DNA from: Raillietiella orientalis
Lineage: Eukaryota
Assembly: GCA_036172245.1 (NCBI GenBank)
Contig: JAYWIR010000007.1
Span: 5,270,001-5,334,000, forward strand
Direction: 5' to 3'
Length of the DNA: 64,000 nt
Under the pieces are notes generated by a model. That model was not told the origin of the DNA. It saw nothing but the letters and a program-made list of their open reading frames with translations, and made no database searches. A program made the translations under genes and the position numbers. Below, in pieces: positions 26,801 through 38,600 of this stretch (the first letter of the stretch is position 1; every line of letters begins with the position of its first letter).

Positions 26801-29800
26801 TGGGAGGGCGAAAACCAAAAATCCAACACAGAAATTCTTGGAAGATAAAATGATGATAAGAGGCGATGATGGTGGTGATAGAAAGGGATTTTCATGGGAT
26901 TCTCTTCCTTACTGCATAATGGAATGCGTGAAAAATTTATTTTTGCCGTGTTGAAACGTGCAAAATTAATTTTAGAGTTCATGCTGCAAGTAAATAAAAA
27001 AATTTTTTGCTTTTTTCTTCCATGTTGGAACATCACGGTCAAAACATGGGTAATACGACACTTAACTGTAAAAAATCTTCTAAATTAGAACGGAGAATCC
27101 CATAACAAGAACTCGAGTGACGAAACGGAATAATGGGAATTATATAGAATCTGAAAGCAAACGTGCGAAATGCCTGAAGTAAAAAAAAAAAAAAAAAAAG
27201 CAATCCTTTTTTTTTTTTCGTTTGTTTGTTTTTCCATTTCAATCAGAAAGTTAAAATGAACTTGTCGAGATCAGATAATTGTGCACGATGCATCCGAGAA
27301 AGGGAGACATCAAAAAACACGGACCATGTCGAAACACGGAACAAAGGCTCCGAATCTTCAAGTGCCCGGACGGTGATTTACAGGAAGTGGAAACTCTGCT
27401 GGCTGATGAAACTGCAGTTTTGAGAAAGATCCGCGGAGGGAAAATGTGACTCAGCAGAAAATTCCCTTTCAGTGCATGGAAACGGAAATATTTTTCGGTG
27501 GATCGACAAGGAAGCCACTTGCAGCTTTTCTTGGTAGCAGCATTCATTTCCAGCTACCAGAATTAATTCTGATAACGGAACAATCAAGAAGTTCAAATGT
27601 TGGGCGTTGGCTTCGAAATTTAATTGAATAGAAAAAAATATTTGAGATTTCCCACTTCCTCTGGATTCATCACGTGAACCCAAAATGCCATATTTAGTTT
27701 CTTGATGTCATTTACTGTTTTCGTATTTGTAACTCTTAGGGTTTTTTATTTATTTACTTTCTCGCATCACACTGGATGACAGCTTTATTCACGAATGTCT
27801 GTTTCTTTTCTTCGAGAACATGGATTTCCGATTCCTCTGCTGGGCCAAGCTTTGCATCATGACTTGGAGCACTCATAAACGTCAAAGAAATGTGCCAAGA
27901 AATTCCTTGGAGACCGAACGCTGTCAGGAGGAAATTTCCACCACTCCTGCTATAATTCCAGTTTTATTAATTTATGATTTGCAGAATTAGTGAAACTGAA
28001 TGCTTTCCAGTAATATTACGTTACTGTATGCACAGACACTTAACATGCACAGGTGCCATAACTTCACAAGGTCCTTGCAAAACTATAATATAAAAACAGC
28101 TAACAATGAATCACACATATGTATAAATATCCTATTAAATTAAAATTGTGCTAAGAGAGAGAAGAGGGACTCGAATAGACTCGAAAACCGAAAGTTCCCC
28201 AACCCTTCGACCTTCTGATTTTCACTTTCTTTCGCTTCTATGAACTGGTTGCCCTTGCTGCTGTCATGAGCAGCAAAGGCAACCAGTATGAGCTCAAGAG
28301 ATTTCTATTTCTTGGAACACATGACGGCATGGGAACTGGGAATTTCACAAGGGCAACAAGGAAACCACGTTCTCAACAAGAGATCCTGAAATATGTGTCA
28401 TCTAGTGTTGGGTCGAGGCTGGAAGTTTCAAAAGCTTCCTTCCACGATACGCTCTGAAACCATTGTACTTTTAATGAAAGCATTCGATTTTCAGTAAACG
28501 AAAATATATATGTTGTTTTCCTATAGCCCACTGAACGATGGCTTTTTCCGGTGGCTGCAGAGAATCGCAAGCACCTATGAACGCTCATCCCTTTTTCGAC
28601 GATGACTTTCAAAACGCTCATCCTACGCACCATGGTATTTCCGCGCTTATCTGCCTTTCAACCTCTTGCCTCCGGCATGTGATTATCAGAGGAATTCAGT
28701 CTGATGATTGCAAGAGTTAAGTGCTGAAGCAGTAGTACAAACTACTCTTCGAGAGTGTGCGCACTGTAAAGAGCTACGAAGCTCTGAATAGGTGGTGGAG
28801 TGAAAGAGAAACTAATTTACTCGATCGTTTGTCCATTGACGTACAACTCTTTTCTCGTTTCTTGCGCAGCATCCACTACTAATCCATGTTCCTGCAGCTT
28901 TCTTCACGCAACCGTAGAAACAGCTTTCTCAGCCCTGAGACGCTGTAATCGAATTCCAAGGAATCTTAAGAGTTTTAACAATTCTCGCCAGTGGCTCCAT
29001 GGCTCCCTGTGGCGCACTACGTGCATCCTGCTTTCAACATCCTCCCACCGTTCTTCCGTGAGGAACGAAAGAAACGCGAGAGAGGTTTGCACAGACGCAA
29101 CAGGGACGTGGATCCTACTTGCACAGTCCCGGAGGAAGTACCTGACCGTGGTTTACAAGAAGGAAAGAAGTCGTAGGTATCAGCGAAATCTGACTGACGT
29201 CCCAAGCTTCCGGACGCCGAACCAACTCCGTTTCTTGGGAACCGGGATGTGGATGCCTTTCTTGGCGAAAGTCCCACGCTGTGCAAAGCTGAAGCCAGCT
29301 GGAAGGGAATCGGCCGCAGAGCATCTCAGCTCATGGAACCCGACCACGTTTCCCATCATCACCGGAGAACAGCAGATCCTTCTTCTTCCCTTCCGCTTTT
29401 ACCTCCCTATGCCGGCTCGTCGCGGCAACCTACCTGTGGGACTCTGAATACTACCGAATATGCCGAAACCAATCAGCGCCGCCAACGCAGGAGGCGAGGC
29501 ACTCCGGCTAGCAGTACGGTGCTGCCGTTGCCGGAAGGTGCACACCGCGCAAGGTTACCACCACGCCCCGAATCCAGTGCATGAGTTCGTGGGCTTCCCG
29601 TGGAGTTTCGCACTCCTTGGTTGAAGCGTCAAAGTGCCACGCCTGTTGGAAACAAACGACTCGAACACGAGGAGTAATGCCGACAGCACTGCTGGACCAC
29701 GGCGACCACGCTCCCGCGGGTGAATGTAGCAGGCATTCTTTCACGGGAAACATCGACGCAGTAGTCACGACAGGGAGGTCTATGCAAAACGCTTCTGCAC

Positions 29801-32800
29801 CTCCTTTCCCACTTCAGCTCACTGAACGAGAGGATGGGGATGGAACCTCGCGTACAGACGAGGTGGAGAATATCTGGGTTTGAGGAGCATAGGGAATCGA
29901 CAGACACAGCTGATGAAGCACAAAGAGAGAGAAGGGAACGGGGGGGGGGGGTAGGAAGTAGCTAGAATTGCTGGAGAGGAACGGGTAGGGAGAACACGGC
30001 AGAAAGAATGGTCGGATCAGGTGAGAAGTACACAGGGCACACTGATGGATTTTCTGGAGGGTTGGTGCCGGACGCGTGAGAGGAACCATCATGGAAGGAA
30101 AAGGAAACGGGGAAGTCAATTCCGGGCACGCCGCGCTTGTCCCACACTCGTCGCTCACGAGGGGGGCGAACCCCCAAGAACCATCCGACTGTCGCAGAGG
30201 ACGCGGAATCCCGCAGGAGGAGCTGTTGCTTCCCATGTCCGCCGAAGAGAAGAGACCTTCCGGGGTCAGAGAGATGCCCCTGATGCTCATCTTTCCCCTC
30301 CGAAAGAGAAAGCGGTACAAGTTCAATGAATACGACCGCTTCCTGGAAGAAGTTCTCAGCCCGCACCAAATGCTTCTGTTAAGACGCGATGCACCCCAAA
30401 CGTGCGAAAGGTGCTCGATGGGGAAAACCATCTTATACTTCTTAACTGTTGGGTGAAGGACTCCAGCACCACCGAGAGCAAAGGGGCGCTCGGTCGACCA
30501 CATCGAAGTAGCATCCAGAGGGAGAGCCAATACCGAGAGACGACGGCTCGAGACCCTCCGCCCGGACCTGATATTCCAGGGCGAAGACGCTGCCTGTCTG
30601 TGTAAGACTCTCGGCGGAAGAACCACACGAAGCGCGACAGTGAAAGGAGGGTTCCAATGCAGGAAACTGGCCTCCATTCTGGACACCGGACGACCAGAGG
30701 AGCATCGAATTCAACGAGAGCCCTTGGGATAGGGATCCCAGGGTAACTGAATGGCGTGCAGCTCCAGGATTCAGCACTGTGGAGGACACGTACTAGGGAC
30801 GCATTCCGTGCCGCGGGTCAGAAAGAACAGCTGACCAGTGAGATTCCGACCGAACGATCGGCACCGATCAGTGGAGTTCAGCAGCAAGCTGTGGAGAATC
30901 GCCCCAAACAGACGCCATGCTTAACACATCCAAGCGGCAACATCGCAGATCTGTTGGGTGCAGATCGTGGCTCTCGTCCGCAGCAAGAAACGCGCCCACA
31001 TCGTCCAGGCTGAGAGAGTCGCTGGCGAGGGATCACGATGGGGTGGAATCGGGAAAGCGAGCGCATACGACCCTTCGACGACCTTCAGAAGGGTCACGGG
31101 CGGTGGTGGAAGGCAAAGGCATGGTACACGCCAAGGTCGAGGAAGCGTGAGAAAGAGAAGGAGCGATCCTCCAGTCTCCCCTGTTTCTCATCTAGCAGGG
31201 CACGCACAATGGCCACCCGTGCTGAAAACCTGCGGTCCGGACGCATCAAGACGAAGATGCACGAGCGCCCTTACGAGCCGCTATCACAAAGGACAGTTCC
31301 GAAGACGGAATCTTGGATCACCTCGCTAGGTCTCCCCGATCGCAGTTTCCAATGTTGTTCTTCCGAATATGGAAGCCGGGTGTGCCGCCTTGTTCAGGAA
31401 CGAATGCTCCATTCCGCCGCCACCTTAGAGGCAGCAGTTTGGCCACGGCGTGTTCCACTACGCAAGCTCGACGCGACCGAAAGTGGCGCGGAACGGAAGC
31501 TCGCGACTATCCTTCGGGGCTGATCAGCATGCAGTTCTTCTGCCAGTGGGGAGTGGAGGTGGGCGAGGGAGGAACTTGGGCAAAGTAACAGTGAAGGGGC
31601 GGTCGCGATTTACCGAAAACCTTCCCGAGAGCGACGACTGCAGAAGAAGTGCAAGTCATACCTCGGAAAACGGTCGCGAGATAAGCAAGGGAAACCGCAT
31701 GTGGGTCGAAAAGGCTTAGGGATCGCCACAGGAATGATTCCAGGGCGAAGCCAAGGTCCCGCTTCGACCCGCGGGAGAGGAGCATTCGACACCACTTCCA
31801 GTGATGAGGAGGAGCAGAAGGAAGCGTGCAAGGCAGTCGGTTTCTTTCCGTGCACGGATGGCATGGCAGCAAGGGGTTCTCCCTGCTCGTTTCCCAAAAC
31901 GGGGATTTTCACGTCGGATTTCCCAACGGCACTGTCAAGCAAGAATGCGGGAGCGGCAGTAGCCTTAGACTAATCGATCGCACAGGTCGACCTGGAGGCG
32001 GAGGAGGGGGGAATCGCATCATTCAACGGCCCCGTTCCACATGCAGGTACAGTGAGCTCGGACACGCCACGCCATTATGAAAACAAAGGGGGAAAGAAGA
32101 TAACACAGAGACGGGAATAAACCCGCTTTGTGGAGGCAGAGGCTTCCATCTGGAACGTTTAAAAAGCGAGGGCGGTGACTCCGAGAAAGTTTATTAAAGA
32201 CTGGTTCCAACAGAGCGAACAAACAGGCAAGCAAAAGGCCACTCCGTTTTCTCAGGATGAGTCCCTTGAACGACTGACCTCTAGCATCACTTTCAAGAGC
32301 GACAAAGGGACAATGGCGGAAAACGGGGCGGGCGCTACCTTCTCCTGGAGCCACCGATGCAGTGATTTCGTGAAGCTTCTCTGCCGTTGTCCGGATGCAT
32401 CGTGACATCAGGCGCCTGGAGCTGCAGCAGAGGGACGCGCTGAGAAGCGAGCTGGGGTGGCGCGAGAACCGATGACAGAACTGCCAAGATAGTTCGTCCC
32501 AATCGGAGGGAGGCTGGTGGCATGGTGATCTTCCTCATCAAGGAAGATCGCTCGCGAGTGTCAAGAAAGAAAGTGCCGCAGTCAAGCACGAAACCCAAGG
32601 AAGGTACGCGCTTGTCCGCTGCTTAGCTCCGGGAATGGGGTCGTTGGCCTGCGACTGCGATGTCGCGGGGGAAGCTTCTGGTGAAGAGCAGCAGCTTCTG
32701 CTGCCGTGGCTTCGCAATGCAAATCTGCCGATGGTATCGCAACCACTGGCGCAGGCAAATACCCTTTCACCGACCGACGTGGGTGCTGCATGATAGTACA

Positions 32801-35136
32801 GAGCAGGGAGTCCAATCACATCACTCATTGGTAGGGGACGCCCTGGACCCGACAGGAATGTGGTATCGGTGACACCATCCACGCTGTGAAGAGCTGGCGG
32901 TTTTTCATCAGGACGCATAAGTCGGATCGTGTTGCAAGGAGCGGCTGAGAAATTGGGCGTTTTTCGTTTAATGGCTTTGGCCTTCCTCCCGGGGGATCGA
33001 CGAAGTCTATACCCACGAAAGCGTTCTTGCTATGGCAGCTCCTCAGCAGCCGAGGATGCAGAGGGAGCTACAGATCGTATGACCTTGTAAATCCACGAAA
33101 CGAACGGTGCTTGAGCAGCGTGGGTGGATACCGCCCACAACCAAACAGAATCAGCACAGCTTATTTACACGGCAAAGGGAGCTAACGGGGATGGTAGGAG
33201 CTCGGGAGTAGCAGGAACGTAAAGGGAAATGTTTCGTGCACCACGGAAGCTGGAAACCTTATTGCAAGTTGCTCGCGCTGGCTAAGCTCCCAGTGCATCT
33301 GACATCCGGACGAACCGTAAGCAGCAACCACTGCGTACAAAGGAGAGCACCTGGATGCTGTCCTCAGGGTGCCCACTTGCTCTTCCTTTCGCATTTCATC
33401 TCTGATCTGTTTGCTATCTGTGGGGCGCTAAAATTGCATTTCGCTGAAACATCCATGGGCGGCCATCGGGGAACAAAAGCGGGTGTTTTCGGGGCGACTA
33501 CCGTGGAAACGCCCATCAGCAGCTGCTGCCCGACGGTTGCTACCCGGTGCTCAGCGCGCGTGCAAAGTTAGTTCAGGAAGCGGAACAGGATTTTCCCGAC
33601 AGATGAAGAAAGAAAAAAAAAGGAAAAAAAAAAAGAATGGTTTCTGGCGGTGTTACCTCGAGCACCACAAAACGGACGGTAGGTTGTCGACTGGAGTCGC
33701 CACCGTTCCTAAGAGACGAACTCGAGGCGTGAGACACGATCTTTGCGACGAGGGTAGAAAAGAGGCAAATGGGTGGCACACCTTGTTTGTTTTTTTATTT
33801 GTGCATAGCAGCATCGATCCATGCAAGCAGAGGAAACGGTGGAAAGGGAGCAGGCAAGCGCGGAACGTTCCATGCCCCTCATCCAGGACATTCGACTTTT
33901 GGAAAGCCGTGGAGAGGCGAGGTGGGAACACAAGCCAAGCACGCACACAGACAAGACACACACACGCGCCACACCGACCGTGCACACTGTTTCCTACGGA
34001 TCGTCATCCCTACCTTCCTTCTCGTATCCACCACTCGAACCGCAGCTCCCTTGGAAACACGATGCCGAGACACCGACCGCAAGGCACTTCACATTCCGGG
34101 CATACCGAGGCGCGCTCCGAAGTGCGTTGCGCGTTGCACGCATCAGCACCCCCGCACCGTCGGTCCGCGGCGCTCGCGGGCAGCAGGCGGCTGCTGCGAT
34201 CTCTACGCGTAATCTCTCGCTGAGAGCCCCAGCCGCGACCGCCGCGATGCGCGGGAAGAGCAGCGACGCAACAATAGGGCGCGTCCGGTTCCTCTTCGAT
34301 GTGCGGGCACGGCGCCGGGAGCGCGAAGGATACCCGTGGGAGGGTAAGGAGGAGGGAAGAGACCGTGCAGGGAGAAAAGGATCGGAGACCACCGCGAGGG
34401 CTGCTCGCTCTCCGTGTATTCCCAGAACTCGTTGCCGTCAAGGAGCCCGCTCGCGAACCGGGGAAGAAGGCTCTGGAGTACGTTCCCGGAATCCATCCAT
34501 GCGGGATGCTGGCGCCTGCATCGCTGCATCTCCTAGGCAACGACGACCTCCCGGCCCGCCTTCTTGCCTACCTGGTCGGCGAATGCGACATCCCTTCTGG
34601 AGAGATAACAAGGAGGCGCGCGCGCGCCTCTTTCACGAGGCCTCGCCGTCACGACGCCTGCCACCCCCTCCCTCCCCTGAGTTGTCGCCCGTGCGTGGGT
34701 TCCCTCCGCACGGTCGAGGGACAAGTTCCACGTCTCCGCTTTCCGCATGTCCCTCCCCTCCCCGTTTTATTTCATCCGCCTCGTCTCTTCTTCATCCTCC
34801 CTTGCTTCTGTTGGTGCTGCTGCTGCCGCCATCTCCGTGGAACGGGGCTCGCAGAACAAAGAGGTGCTCTGCCCGTCGTCGCCGCCGCCGTCACGCTCGT
34901 CTCCGCGACGACCGCGGAGAGCGAGAGGGTGGAGAAGAATCGACCTTGAGCGCAGGAAGGGATTCCCGCGCCGTCGTTCATCCCATCTTGCGCACCCGCA
35001 GCTTTCCGCATTAAGTCAGAAAACCACGGAGCGTCCGTCCGGGGCCTCAGGGCGCCGCAGGGATGCAGAGGGAGGGAAAGGAGTGGCGAGGGCATGACAA
35101 GAGGGACTTTGGAAGGAGGGAGGCTCTTTGCCGACA

Positions 35137-35632
35137 TCACCCGCCGCCTGCCTCCCGGCTCAACAGCCGGAGGAGGACGCCTTTCTCCATGCGGTCCACG
35201 ACATGGTAGTCCAGGGAGCCGGCCACGTCTATCCCGAAGGACTTCCACAGGGTGAGAAAGTCAACCTCCTCGCCGGTGGAGGGGTCATGGAACTTGGGGC
35301 AGCCCCGATTGCACTGGGGCCAGGAACATGTGTCCAGAAGTCGGAAGGAGCAAGCTCCAGGGGACCGCCTGCAGCCGCGGGTCCTCCCAGGATCGTCTCC
35401 AGGGGCGCCCTCTCCAGCCCCGTCCATAAGTCTCTGCCGCCACTCTTCAGGCTGACCCTTCCGGCGACGGCGGCGACGGCGGCGGCGGAGTCTTCGGCGA
35501 CGGCGTTTCTCGCTGTCCTTCTGGTGCCGGCGCCCTTCCCCTACAGCAACGTTCCTCCGGCCGCCGCACCCCTCCCTCGTGCCCTTCGTCCTCGCCCGGG
35601 GGAAGAACGCCGCTGCATCAGGACGGACGCTC
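35137..35632 (-). CDS. NOTUM: Notum exon 10 (terminal)
   Basis: Strong acceptor TTCTTCATTGCAG, phase 2, open through a poly-Arg tract to [32 protein letters not shown] and TGA at 35139-35137. Confidence 0.9.
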
Positions 35633-38600
35633 CTGCAATGAAGAAAACAGAAGAAGGCCGGCCAGTTCCCTCACCCACAGAAGTTCCGCCCCGTATTCCA
35701 GTCTTTTACAGCGTCCCTCCCTCCTCGCTGGGAGCCCTTGCGAAGAAAGGACACGGAGCATCCCTCCGAAGACAGAAAGTGGGGCCACGAAGCAGGAGGA
35801 TGCACCTCGGGCATAGACGAAGTCCGGATTCCCGATCGCGAGGATGGAGGGCTTTTGCTCGCCCGCTGCTTCCAGGAAGGAGAGCGAGGGGAGAAGGACT
35901 CCTGTCCCGCTTCCCAAGCTCCGCTCTCCTTTCCTACCGAGAAGCGTCCCGAGATCACAGGGCTGCCGGGACAAGGGTCCGTTAAGAGGCATGACTTGCT
36001 ACTCTTGGGGAGTGTTCGAAGAGGAAGAGAAAGAACCGCAGCTCTTCAACACCGCTCTTGATGACTCTGAGAGAATGAGCCCGGAACGCTCCAGGGTTTC
36101 CCGCAACGCTTGGCGCAGCTACAGGGGGCGAAACCGCTCTTGGATAGGACGGGGGTGTCAGAGGTAGCAGCAGGAAACGGAGGGAGGAAGGCGAGGGAGC
36201 AGTGTTGGACCCAGGAGCGCGGCAGCGAGGGTTTCCGGAGGACCAGGAAGAACCCTCGAGCCGGCGTCCTCGCTTCCTCCGTAATTGGAGGAGCTTCGAT
36301 GACCAATGATCCTGATGGAGTATCTCTGTGCAGAAAGGGAGAAAAAGGCGTGAGGAAGGAGGTAGGAACCGCGAGAGCAGAAGAGCGGTGCGCATCCTCG
36401 TCCGCCCCGTTCGTGCAGCTGCAGGAGTTTCCGGGCCAGGAGACCGTTTGGAGCATCCTGGTCCTACAGGCGCATTGAGCGGCAACGCCGAGCCTTGAGG
36501 CACACATCCCGGTTAGCGCTTCCGCTCCGATAGGGACGCACGAGGGAGGGGATTCATCCCCCACCCCGTCATGCTCCTGAAGCGGGGTTCCGAGAGAGCA
36601 GCGGCGAACATCGTCCACTTGTCCACTCCGCTGTTGCTTGCTTGCTATCGGCTTACCTTGGATCGGCGGGTCGGCGGTGGCTGGCGAGGGAGCGCTCCCA
36701 GCACTGCAGGGCCGATGGCAGGGACGTCCCCTCGATGGACACCCAGCGCCAGTCCTTCTTCGTGAGCACCGTGTGGGAGATGCACGAGGGAGCGAAGAAG
36801 GCGCTGCAAGAAAAAGGGGGCGCCGTCAGATGGCGTGGGTGATTCACACACTCCGTCCTGGGGCAGACTCCCTCGCTATGCGCGCCCCCTTAACGAGCCT
36901 TGCTGTTCTCCTGGAGAGGAATGGGGTTCTTCCCACTGCTTACAGGAAGGAGAGAAGCAAGGAAAGAAAGGGTTCCTTCCAGCTTTGCCTAGGCAACGAA
37001 GGAGGGGGAGAAAAGTGGAAGGGAAGGAGGTTCGGAGCGTTTGAGTTCTTCCCGTTTCCTGAAGTCAATAAGAAGCGAAAAGGTCCCCCTCGGGAGGACG
37101 GGCGGGACAAAGAGGGAAGGGGCAGAACGTTCCCTACTCTCCATCGCTAATCGCCTACGCCTCCTTCCCCGCCAGGGAAGAGGAGGAGGGAAGAGGGCCC
37201 TGATCTTCCCTTGAGCTCCCGTAGGTATGTTTCCCTCAGTATGGGACTGTCTCTTCCCAGCCGAAGCTGCCTGCCCTGTGCACGCATCCCACAATTTCCT
37301 TCCCCTTTTCCAGGCACGCTGCCGCTCTGCAGGGACTGCGGAAGTTCTCCGTCTCGGAAGAAAGCGCGGTCCACCTCCACCAGACATGGGAACAGGGTCA
37401 ACCCTACCGACGCAGGAAAAAACACTCTTTTTCCTTGGACGCGGTACTTCCTCTTCTTCCTCCCACCCCGTTCGAGCCACGGGAGACGCCAAGGAGAGCC
37501 AGACTATGCTACCGCTGCGCTCCCTCGCCGACATGGCGCGCGTGCGTAGTCGTGGAACACACACGGCAGAAGTAGCGCTTTCTAAGTATCCCTCGGGAGG
37601 AGTTCGGACTCCCCTGGCGCAGATCCGTGCACCCGGGGCGTGCGATTTCTCCCACCGCTGCTTGCATAGCAAACCTGCCAGTGAGCAGCCTTCGCGTTTC
37701 ACACGGGAGATGGCGCGGCAGCAGAGCAGCATTCCTTTCTCTTTTTCTTCTTTTTTAAAAGAAACAACGACGGCAGGGACAGAAAGAGGCGAAGAAAACT
37801 TCCTGTGGATCACGGAAAGGTGGCTGTGGATGAGGAGGGAAGAACACACAAATAGTGACGAAAGCGCTGGAGGGCAGGGGAAAAGACGGCAATAGAAGTG
37901 TTGAAAACTGCCGGTAGATGTCAGGATCTGGATCATGTGCGAGGACCCGCCTCTACCGAACGGTCAGACAAGGTGAGTCCCTTGAGGGTGAGGGGGCGCA
38001 CCCTATCTTCAAGAGACGCGGAAACAAGCTGCTTCTGTTCCCTAGAGGAGGGGGCCGCAGCAAGAGCCGCGAAACTCTTGCCCTGAAGACCAGGGAGACT
38101 CACGCCGGGAGGGAACGCCCGATCTCTGCCTCTCCACAGTCCTTCTTTGGAACCCCGCGTCTCGGTCCCCCCAAACCTAGGAGACAGCGCTCCTACCGTT
38201 GTTTTTTCATAGGGACAGAGCGATCGATGCAGGGGTTGTGGGTAGTTGGGCAAACTTTAGGAGAACCACAAAGCTGCACGCAGTGCGAGATTACCGAACC
38301 AAAGACTGAAAGAGGGAGAGGAAAGGCTCGACAGCTGGCCCCTGTCCTTCCCCCATTGATGATGTCCTGCTGCGCGGCTGAAGTCTCCCTTGTTTGCTGA
38401 CGCGCTCCCGGCCTTCGTGCAACGACGTCAGGGGAGACCCCGAGTCAGTCCTCTTCAGAACGATTCGCTGCGGACCAGAAAGGAGGAGGAGGGAAGCCAC
38501 CGCCATTCTCGTCGCGGCCGTCGCCCTGGATGTGCAGGACGACGCCTCCTGCTCCTCCGGGGGCGCCCGAAACGACTCGCAGCGGAGTGGGAAGTGCTCC

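Noticed and set aside
35128..35985. 285-aa plus-strand ORF
   Set aside because: Antisense shadow of the GC-rich Notum terminal exon.
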